Of a DNA stretch of 8,112 bases, positions 1 through 6,856 are shown piece by piece; positions within the stretch are counted from its first letter, which is position 1; each line of letters begins with the position of its first letter. The translations under genes and the position numbers were made by a program. Origin of the DNA: Octopus sinensis (taxonomy: Eukaryota); NCBI RefSeq assembly GCF_006345805.1, contig NW_021828458.1, positions 1-8,112 on the forward strand, read 5' to 3'. The notes beneath the pieces are model-generated. The model ran no database searches. It was not told where the DNA came from and saw nothing but the letters and a program-made list of their open reading frames with translations.

Positions 1-94
1 TACCTTTATCACGCCTCCTTCCCCCTTAATCTCATTATATATTTTTTATTGATGAAGGCCACGTTAGGCACTATACTTCGTCTCTGCATTAATT

Positions 95-170
95 TACATG
101 ATGGCATTTCTTGGCATGGTCATGGCTGGACCGTCTTTGATCCATAAGCGTGCTCGATCAACAGTTAAAT
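95..170 (+). mobile_element. Interspersed repeat family B, 3' fragment
   Basis: ATGGTCATGGCTGGA (116-130) followed by cCGTCTTT matches 6414-6436 at 22/23 nt. The downstream TGCTCGATCA resembles the ends of other B copies (CTTCGATCAGG near 360-370). Confidence 0.6.
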
Positions 171-204
171 ACTATTATCGAGTCTCAACAAACACAACAA
201 CAAC

Positions 205-390
205 CCGATAGAAGAGGCTCCATGTAGTCGTTCGACTTGCTAGAAATAGCTGCCAAATCTACCAACATACTCTGCACTTTATGTGACAGCATAAGGTACA
301 TGGTTGTGGGTCTTCAGTGCAACAAATGGGGTGGTCACCGTTGGAATATCTTAAGGTCTCTTCGATCAGGCACTAAAAAACGACGACGAT
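205..390 (+). mobile_element. Interspersed repeat family B (SINE-like, simple-repeat tail), degenerate copy
   Basis: Core GAAATAGCTGCCAAA at 243-257, then GGTGGTCACCGTTGGAA and TCGATCAGG, ending in an A/(CGA)n tail. The same motif order is seen in the copies at 1381-1500(-), 4940-5075(-) and 6262-6520(+). Confidence 0.65.
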
Positions 391-404
391 TACAATGTTT
401 ATTC

Positions 405-600
405 TGAGTCGTTCGTGCGTCGAACAAAATACAGTGCGATATTTGTAACGCGACTTCGCGTTCCGATTTCAAATCCCATCGCGGTTGACCTTGCCCTTCC
501 TCCTCCCGGGGCCGATAAAATAAAGTAGTAGTTGAGTCCGGGAGTAATCATCTTACCCTCAAAACATGCTGGTCTTTCCGCGTAGATTAGAAACCGAGTT
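405..600 (+). mobile_element. tRNA-derived SINE family A, degenerate copy
   Basis: Head GTGCGTCGAACAAAA (415-429), B-box-like ATTTCAAATCC (466-476), body GACCTTGCCCTT...GATAAAATAAAGTA...GTTGA...CCCTCAAAA. Colinear with the 4441-4685 copy. Resembles abundant octopus tRNA-SINEs (recall). Confidence 0.7.
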
Positions 601-602
601 TC

Positions 603-785
603 TAGACTCATTAGTGCGTCGAACAAAAAATGCCTTGTGATATTCAGTGATATTCATTAAGTCGTATGGCATCGAGATCGATAAAGTACCCGTGAAACAC
701 TGAGGATCAATGGTATCGATTAACCAGCCCCTTCCCCTCAAAATTACGGATTCTCTGCCGAAACGGAAACCGTTATTAATCATTC
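603..785 (+). mobile_element. tRNA-derived SINE family A, internally deleted copy tandem to the previous one
   Basis: Repeats GTGCGTCGAACAAAA (614-628) and AAAATGCCT, then GATCGATAAAGTACC...ATCGATTAACC.CCCTTCCCCTCAAAATT with a TTATT-type tail. The 3' block matches 4377-4430 and 4692-4830. Confidence 0.7.
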
Positions 786-815
786 AAACTTTGTCAGTTC
801 GCTTAAAACTCTCCT

Positions 816-1270
816 GGAAAAGGCATGAACATCACAACTTCTCACCCCATTTCTTCTCTTGCCATTTCATCAACGAATGGCCCACCACACCCGATTTGCT
901 GTGGCGACGAGTTGATTCCATGACGTTGCAGTTTCGAATCTTGTTGGAAGTTAGTTTTAATTCTTTCCCCCTCTCTCCCCCTCTCTTAGGAAAGCCATTA
1001 ACACCACGACATCACTGTTTCCCCGCAAAATATAAAGACGACTTTGAAGCTCTACAAAAAAGCAAAAACAACCCCCCTTTATTTTTCTATTTCATTTATT
1101 CTCAAGAAATGTTAAAAAATTTCTTTGGGCGAGGCATGAACACCACGACGCCGTTGTCGTTTCTTTTCGACTTATTGTTGTTCTTCATTCACTTATTTCG
1201 TTTATTCCACAAACTTCGAAGCCGCTTTCAATTTCAGGTTTGAATGGAAATGCATGAACAACACAACACC
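816..1270. promoter_or_regulatory. Cluster of four copies of a ~24-bp unexplained motif (putative homotypic binding-site cluster)
   Basis: 816 GGAAAAGGCATGAACATCACAAC; 989 GGAAAGCCATTAACACCACGAC; 1127 GGGCGAGGCATGAACACCACGAC; 1246 GGAAATGCATGAACAACACAAC. A fifth copy lies at 3967. The repetition is seen directly; the regulatory role is inference. Confidence 0.4.
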
Positions 1271-1358
1271 CTCACTCCATCTTTACCAAAAACACAAAAA
1301 AGAACAACATGTTAAACAATACCAAACTTGCCGCCTTTTTCCCTCCCTGTTATGCTTT

Positions 1359-1690
1359 TCCTCCTCCTCCTCCTCCTCCTGTTGTTGTCAGGCCCCGATC
1401 CAGCAGGGCCTTAAAAACCAAAGACATTCTACACTTCACGGGGGAAGGGGATATTTAGCTGCTATTTCTTGCTGTTCACGCTACCACACAGAGGCTCTTT
1501 CATTGATTCGTTGGAAAAACGTTGTTGTTGTTGTTATCGTTGCTGTTGTTGATACAGTTTGTGATGATGATGATGATGATGATTGTTAAAACATTGATTT
1601 TTCTATTCGTCCTTCGTTCTACTTTCATCTTACCATCATTATTCTTCTTCCAATCATTACCACCACCACCACCACCACCAATACTACTAC
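1359..1690. repeat. Trinucleotide microsatellite cluster: (TCC)n 1359-1380, (GTT)n ~1521-1550, (GAT)7 1563-1583, (ACC)7 1659-1680
   Basis: Read directly from the sequence. Confidence 0.95.
1381..1500 (-). mobile_element. Interspersed repeat family B, deleted copy
   Basis: The minus strand reads AGAGCCTCTGTGTGGTAGCGTGAACAGCAAGAAATAGCAGCTAAAT (core at 1454-1468) and ends GCCCTGCTGGATCGGGGCCTGACAACAAC, matching the head and tail of the 205-390 copy. Confidence 0.6.
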
Positions 1691-1989
1691 CTTTGTCGCT
1701 CTCCTCGCACTAATCCTCTTCACTCCTACCTCAGTTGTACTATTAACTTTTCCTGATGCTTTTTACTCTCTCTCACTCCACCGAGCTCTCCCTCCTTCTC
1801 CAAACATGATTATTGTATCGTCCACTCTACACTTGCACTCGCGCACGCAATCATACCTGTACACACACACACATACACACACACAATGGTGTCTACACAT
1901 CACTTTGAACACTTCTGCGTCACTCAACGCTTCTCAACTTTTCGCTATTGGTTCTACGTTGTGTGTGTGTATGTGTGGACATATATTTG

Positions 1990-1992
<3 letters not shown>

Positions 1993-2057
<65 letters not shown>
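1993..2057. repeat. Perfect (AC)32 microsatellite
   Basis: Uninterrupted AC run of 64 nt plus a final A. Confidence 0.97.
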
Positions 2058-2058
<1 letters not shown>

Positions 2059-2438
2059 GAGTTCTGCTCCAAGATGCTCTGCGATACATCATCAGTGTTG
2101 CTACTAGGGTTTCAGGAGGTTTCGGCTCTTTTAACACCAGACCTCCTTGCTCAGTTCATACAGTGTGTGTGTGTACACATTTGAGGTTTATGATTATATT
2201 GAAGTAAATGCAAATCTTGTCAACTCAATCGAATTTCGATTCAATCGATGACTTTAGATTATTCTCTCTTTGTTCCGTTTTGCTTTGATAACACAAATTA
2301 CCTTCTTCGACCAGTAATGTTCCCTATCCTTTCTCTATTTGTCAAATGTCTACTAAATCCAATTTCAAAGACAGCAAACGTCAACGCTATGATGATGACG
2401 GCTATTGAAGTAGAAACACGAACTCAGAGTTGTCCTAC

Positions 2439-2471
2439 CTTAGAAGCGAAAATCGGTTTATCGTTTTCTTC
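2439..2471 (-). other. Candidate 33-nt frame-preserving small exon
   Basis: Minus strand: catttctacattattttatgttgctag|GAAGAAAACGATAAACCGATTTTCGCTTCTAAG|gtagga. Phase 0 gives EENDKPIFASK and phase 2 gives KKTINRFSLL. No transcript evidence. Confidence 0.3.
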
Positions 2472-2714
2472 CTAGCAACATAAAATAATGTAGAAATGTT
2501 GCTTTAAAATTATCTCCCCTTGGCATTCAATATCATTAACAATCACCGTTTACTTCTGGCCGATCAAGAAATTGTAGAGGGATTCGAACAAACAAAATCG
2601 TGTGTGTGTGTGTGTGTGATTCAATACACGATAGCTTTATATCTGCGTTACTGGATGAGTTATATGCTCGCTTGTACAATGATCGAACCGGCTTGTATAG
2701 CATAGCTGGGGCTC

Positions 2715-2760
2715 ATATATATATATATCATATATATATATATATATATAATAATATATA
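2715..2760. repeat. Interrupted (TA)n microsatellite
   Basis: Read directly from the sequence. Confidence 0.95.
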
Positions 2761-2818
2761 TTGCCCTGATGATCCAATGCAGAATTCCAAAATATTTTTC
2801 TACTGTTGTTTATCTTAC

Positions 2819-2895
2819 CCACGCTCGCCGCTGTACCGTGGGTAGTAACCACACGGCGGATGAGGACAGTGGTTGATTGTCCTCTGTATTGGAAG
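2819..2895 (-). other. Candidate small exon (65 nt from the acceptor at 2884-2885, or 77 nt from the upstream tcag acceptor)
   Basis: Good donor TGG|GTAAGA (GT at 2818-2817) and two moderate acceptors (cttccaatacag, ccggtcag). It is a GC-rich island between microsatellites and all three frames are open. An alternative reading is a LINE-like 3' end on the + strand. Confidence 0.28.
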
Positions 2896-3017
2896 CTGAC
2901 CGGAGGATGATGATGATGATGATGTATGTGACGCTCTGTCTCATACAGTGATAGTTGTACATCTCACTGCACACACACACACACGCACGCACGCACATTT
3001 TTTCTTGTGTTTACAGT

Positions 3018-3020
<3 letters not shown>

Positions 3021-3048
<28 letters not shown>
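3021..3048. repeat. (GT)14 microsatellite
   Basis: Read directly from the sequence. Confidence 0.95.
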
Positions 3049-3049
<1 letters not shown>

Positions 3050-3238
3050 ATATGCGACTGACGTCATAAGACTTGATAAACTTTCGGGTGGACGTGATCT
3101 AACTCTCCCATTGGTCTTTTCGGTGGACTTCGACATTTTCTGTCGAAAAGAGATTTCACCGCAATGTTTTACAGGGTACTTTATGCATGCTTCGAGATCC
3201 ATTATTCCAAAAACGAACTTATGTGTGTGCGTATACAC

Positions 3239-3298
3239 ACACACACCAAACATCCACACACACCAAACATCCACACACACCAAACATCCACACACACC
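3239..3298. repeat. 17-bp tandem repeat AAACATCCACACACACC, ~3.5 copies
   Basis: AAACATCC starts at 3248, 3265 and 3282, giving an exact period of 17. Confidence 0.92.
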
Positions 3299-3479
3299 GA
3301 TGTAGCGTTGCTATCTGTGTTGAGAGTTTAGAAAGCACCGAAAGGAATAAAGCGAGAGAAGGGTGGATGTACCCTGATGTCATTCTAGTTATAAATAGAA
3401 TTGCTGAATAAATAGACTCACACACGCACACGCGCACACACGCACACGCACACGCATGCACACGTACCGCATCACCTAC

Positions 3480-3518
3480 CAGGAAATAGATTTGTTTCGT
3501 TAAAGGTGACCCAGTGAC
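3480..3518 (-). other. Candidate 39-nt frame-preserving small exon
   Basis: Minus strand: aattttctctctttag|GTCACTGGGTCACCTTTAACGAAACAAATCTATTTCCTG|gtaggt, with a strong acceptor and a plausible donor. Translations are VTGSPLTKQIYFL or xHWVTFNETNLFP; the third frame has a TAA stop. Confidence 0.35.
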
Positions 3519-3545
3519 CTAAAGAGAGAAAATTCGGCACGTAAC

Positions 3546-3656
3546 CGTCGCCGCCGCCGCCGCAGCTAGTGCTGCTACCCACCACCACCACCACCACTAT
3601 TACTAGGACTGCTACTATATCTGCTGCTGCTGCTGCTGCCGCTGCTGCCGCTGCTG
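3546..3656. repeat. Compound GC-rich trinucleotide repeats (CCG)n, (CAC)n, (GCT)n
   Basis: Read directly from the sequence. Confidence 0.9.
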
Positions 3657-4109
3657 TTTGTTCTATTATTGTTGTGTAGCGGAAGCGTGTGCTGTTTGCA
3701 TCATGAGGGGAGATGGCGGCGGGATGCGTTTAAGGTGGCGGTGGGAGAATATTGTTATTGTTGGTGCTGTGGTTCGGCAAAAAAAGTGAACCTATCGTCT
3801 TCGGTTTCTATTTCTCACTGGCATTCGTCTTTATTTACTGTTATTGTTGGTGGTGGTGATGGTGTATTTGTTCGACGCACCGTCAGTGAAATTGATTTCA
3901 TCTCTTCTTTCATTCTGTCCTGCATTTTTGTTGTTGTTTTTATACAGTAATCGATAAAATTAATTCGGAAATGCATGAGTGTCACAACTTCTTTCATTTT
4001 TCTCTGTTCTCTCATCTTCGTACCCCCCCCCCAATAAAAAAAACCTCCGCCTTCTTTCATCTCCATTAGCGCTAATTAGGAAAGGTATGAATGATAACCA
4101 TCACCATCG

Positions 4110-4435
4110 AGGGCGGTTGATTGGCCGAATGGTTAGAGACTCGGAAAAAATGCCTCCCGACATTTAGTATGGCTCTTAACGTTTTTGCCCATTTCGGCCC
4201 TTCAGGGCACCAGCGTAGCTAGAGTGTGTGTCGCCCGGGGCGGCCCTTCCGTTTGCCGCCCCAGGACCCCACAAAAAACAACATATTGCCTACAGCACCA
4301 CCCCTTTAAAAGCACCGCCCGCCCCCTAGCTACGCTAGTGCTTCAGGGTGAATAAAATACTTGGGTTTGTGGTAACGACTTAACCCCTCCCCTCAAAATT
4401 TCTGGCCTAAAACTGGAAATTATTGTTGTTGTTGC
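4110..4435 (+). mobile_element. tRNA-derived SINE family A copy interrupted by a MITE
   Basis: A-box TGGCCGAATGG at 4122-4132, then TTAGAGACTCGGAAAAAATGCCT. The 3' block GACTTAACCCCTCCCCTCAAAATTTCTGGCCT ends in an (ATT)/(GTT) tail. Removing 4208-4348 restores a continuous body. Confidence 0.72.
4208..4340. mobile_element. 133-bp non-autonomous hAT-type DNA transposon (MITE)
   Basis: TIRs CACCAGCGTAGCTAG (4208-4222) and CTAGCTACGCTAGTG (4326-4340) match 14/15. A perfect 8-bp TSD CTTCAGGG lies at 4200-4207 and 4341-4348, with subterminal GCCGCCCC-type repeats. An 8-bp TSD with short TIRs is typical of hAT. Confidence 0.88.
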
Positions 4436-4440
4436 TGTTA

Positions 4441-4685
4441 AGACAGCAGACAGCTACCAGAATTGTTAGCGTGCCGGAGAAAATGCTTAGCGGTATTTCC
4501 TCCGGCATTTTTGCGTTCTGAGTTCAAATTCAACCGAGACTGACTTTGCTTTTTGCGGGTTGTGGGGTGGAGGGGTGGGGGTGATAAAATAAAGTATCAG
4601 TTGAACATTGCAATCGATCTAATCCCTCTCTCCTCAGCCTTGGGCTAAAATTTGACAGAATCACTTTTATTGTTGTTGTTTTTCA
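4441..4685 (+). mobile_element. tRNA-derived SINE family A, near full-length degenerate copy
   Basis: CAGAATTGTTAGCGTGCCGG..AAATGCTTAGCGGTATTT, B-box GTTCAAATTC (4522-4531), GACTTTGCT..GATAAAATAAAGTATCAGTTGA and a (TTG)n tail. Colinear with 405-600. Confidence 0.75.
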
Positions 4686-4691
4686 TCTTTC

Positions 4692-4830
4692 TTGGGATCG
4701 ATAATATAAAAGTGCAGATCATGAACCGAAATCGATAGAATCGATTAATCCCCACCCCACCCCAGAAAAAAAAAAGAAAAAAGAGTTCCTAGGCCTTTTG
4801 CCCCTCCACATTAGAAACTTAATTATCATA
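4692..4830 (+). mobile_element. SINE family A, 3' half
   Basis: GGGATCGATAATATAAAAGT...ATCGAT..AATCGATTAATCCCC...AGGCCTTTTGCC...TTAGAAAC, matching the 3' blocks of the other A copies. Confidence 0.6.
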
Positions 4831-4833
4831 GAT

Positions 4834-4870
4834 CACGGATGGGCAACCTTTTCGAGAAGCGGGCCGCATC
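4834..4870 (+). mobile_element. Probable left end of a hAT (Charlie-like) element; right end not found
   Basis: CACGGATGGGCAACCTTTTCGAGAAGCGGGCCGCAT resembles CAGGGGTGGGCAAC...GCGGGCCGCAT hAT termini (recall). It is preceded by TCATAGAT, with the central TA typical of Charlie target sites. Confidence 0.5.
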
Positions 4871-4939
4871 AGACGAACCGCACTACTAAATAAATTAAAG
4901 GTGATTTTTCGCGTCATTCAGTAAGTTCCGCCAACTGCT

Positions 4940-5075
4940 GTCTGCCTTTGACTGACATAGCCTTACCTCTAGGACGTTCCAACCGTGACCCTTTCTTTTT
5001 AAAACTGCAGGTGTGTATGAAGATGTTTGACTGCTATTTCAGACACGTAGGGCGACCAGCTGCAGATCCTCAACA
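4940..5075 (-). mobile_element. Interspersed repeat family B, degenerate copy
   Basis: The minus strand has GAAATAGCAGTCAAA (5026-5040) followed by GGGTCACGGTTGGAACGTCCT, similar to ATGGTCATGGCTGGAACGTCTT at 6414. Confidence 0.55.
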
Positions 5076-5389
5076 TGCCCCTCAATAACACAGAGTTAGG
5101 AGTCACCCTGGTTTGTGATGCTTCAACGAACCTGTCAAAATTCAAGTGACCCTTAGGCCCATATCTCTTTATTATAACCTATCTCCAACTTTTTATGTTG
5201 CATCATGTAATTAAGTTTACATGTAAATTTTAATTACACAATGCTTGATTAAGTTTTGTTAAATAATTTCAAATATTAACGACACAGTTTGTGCTTCGTT
5301 GCAAAACGTAAAGATATAAAAAAAAAAGTGAATTTAGTGGTCCAGGGAGTTTTAATTGGAGATTTTGTTCTGCTTCATCGCTCTGTCAG

Positions 5390-5590
5390 ATGTGTGTGCA
5401 TATATATGTGTGTTTGTGTGTGTGTGTGTGTGCACGTATGTGCGTGTGTACGACGGGTTTCCACACAGTTTCTGTCTACTAAATCTACTCACAAGGCTTT
5501 TGTCGGCCTGGGGTGCCGCATAATGAGACTGAACCGGAAATCGCGTGGCTGCCCCAAGCCAGCTTCTCACCCGCACAGCCCTGCCTGTGC
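5390..5590 (-). mobile_element. tRNA-headed SINE (octopus OR-type by recall) with a CA-rich tail
   Basis: Minus strand GCACAGGCAGGGCTGTGCGGGTGAGAAGCT, B-box-like GGTTCAGTCTC (5525-5535), body GGCCGACAAAAGCCTTGTGAGTAGATTTAGTAGACAGAAACTG..CCCGTCGT, then a (CA)/(TA) tail. Confidence 0.75.
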
Positions 5591-5591
5591 A

Positions 5592-5915
5592 ATCACTACC
5601 ACTAGCACCATCACCGCCACTAGCACCATCACTACCACTAGCACCATCACCGCCACTAGCACCATCACCGCCACTAGCACCATCACCGCCACTAGCACCA
5701 TCACCGCCACTAGCACCATCACTACCACTAGCACCATCACCGCCACTAGCACCATCACCGCCACTAGCACCATCACCGCCACTAGCACCATCACTACCAC
5801 TAGCACCATCACCGCCACTAGCACCATCACTACCACTAGCACCATCACCGCCACTAGCACCACCACTACCACTAGCACCATCACTACCACTAGCACCGTC
5901 ACCCCCACTACAACC
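5592..5915. repeat. 18-bp minisatellite, 17 units plus 1 degenerate unit, two variants (ATCACCGCCACTAGCACC / ATCACTACCACTAGCACC)
   Basis: Parsed unit by unit from 5592 to 5897: 10 CG-type and 7 TA-type units, one of which has an extra change at 5863. Confidence 0.97.
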
Positions 5916-6260
5916 ACACTTCTTGCACCACTACCATCGCCGCCATCATTACGCCTCGACCACAGTTACTAACCTGCAACCACTACTACTCCTACCACCC
6001 AAACTAGAATCACTTCTACTACTACTACTACCTATACCTTCCAAAGCCTCTCTACCATAGCCATCACCTATACTACACTACGACTAACACTAAACATCGT
6101 CAACACCACCGTACTATTACAACCGCCACCACCATCATCATCATTATCATCACCATCACTACGCCTCCTCCACTCTCATCCCAATATCTGTCCAACATGA
6201 TTGCTATCGCCATCACCACCACCACCTCCACCACCACCACCACCTCCACCACCACCACAC
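5916..6260. repeat. Low-complexity (CAC/CAT/CTA)n region
   Basis: Imperfect trinucleotide runs, read directly. Confidence 0.85.
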
Positions 6261-6261
6261 A

Positions 6262-6520
6262 GACGCAGTGTCGTGGTTGCTTGACATGCTAGAAAGAGTA
6301 GCCAACGCTCTCACCCTCTCAGCTCGTATCCCCTCATCTTCAAACTGGGGCATTACATTGGTTAATGTAAGTCTTATGAGATACGGCTGTCTTGAAAACA
6401 AAAAAATGATAGGATGGTCATGGCTGGAACGTCTTTTAAATAATAGATTTGCACACTTGTGGTCAGGGGCTAGGGATAAGACAAACGCTGCAACTACAAT
6501 ACAACAACTACCTCCCACCA
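6262..6520 (+). mobile_element. Interspersed repeat family B, longest copy in the window
   Basis: GTGGTTGCTTGACATGCTAGAAAGAGTAGCCAA (similar to GTAGTCGTTCGACTTGCTAGAAATAGCTGCCAA at 224-256), ATGGTCATGGCTGGAACGTCTTT at 6414-6436, and a CAA-rich tail. Confidence 0.65.
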
Positions 6521-6725
6521 CCACTAAGTCAACTTGCAACACAATTCACGCACGTCGAGACATGTTTTATCGGATGGGGTTTTTTTTACTGTTTTCATTT
6601 TGTTTTTGTTTTATGAAGTGAGATCGATGTTTTAAGGTTGACAATGACAAAATCAATTTGATAAGATTGCTGTGTGTTCTGTGGCTATAGATATACAGAT
6701 GTCTGTCTTATACATAACAGTATTG

Positions 6726-6726
<1 letters not shown>

Positions 6727-6761
<35 letters not shown>
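6727..6761. repeat. (TA)n microsatellite
   Basis: Read directly from the sequence. Confidence 0.95.
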
Positions 6762-6764
<3 letters not shown>

Positions 6765-6856
6765 TGTTATTGTCACTGTGTATGCATTATTAATATATGG
6801 TGTGTACACGTGTGCGCGCATGCGATATAATCCGGACATAAGTCATCGAAAACAAT

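Noticed and set aside
710-1243. 177-aa ORF with a nebulin/LASP-like KYKDDFE stretch and a strong + strand acceptor at 988-989
   Set aside because: It starts inside a SINE and the rest is low-complexity F/L-rich sequence. A 7-residue resemblance is not enough for a call.
816-1270. CRISPR-like repeat-spacer interpretation of the motif cluster
   Set aside because: The context is eukaryotic, the repeats are degenerate, the spacers are unequal at about 95-150 bp, and there are no cas genes.
2099-2155. Minus-strand hammerhead-like layout CTGAGCA-[AGGAGGT...ACCTCCT]-GAAAC-CCTA-GTA
   Set aside because: The 7-bp hairpin (2114-2120/2141-2147) is real, but the core has C at the essential G8 position and no stem I can form.
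2227-2241. Palindrome AATCGAA-T-TTCGATT
   Set aside because: A 7-bp arm is expected by chance in an AT-rich 8 kb window.
1254-3950. Remaining short ORFs in the track (poly-HT, CV, M, S, I)
   Set aside because: They are translations of microsatellites and show no recognisable domains.
4967-5004. 38-nt minus-strand exon candidate (cag|...|gtaagg)
   Set aside because: It lies within a family B repeat, is not a multiple of 3, and shows how easily such splice pairs arise by chance.
5289-5972. 227-aa mucin-like (ITATST)n ORF and the overlapping (APSPPL)n and (VVVMVL)n ORFs
   Set aside because: The length comes from a stop-free 18-bp minisatellite, and the N-terminus is an antisense SINE plus (GT)n with a non-ATG start.
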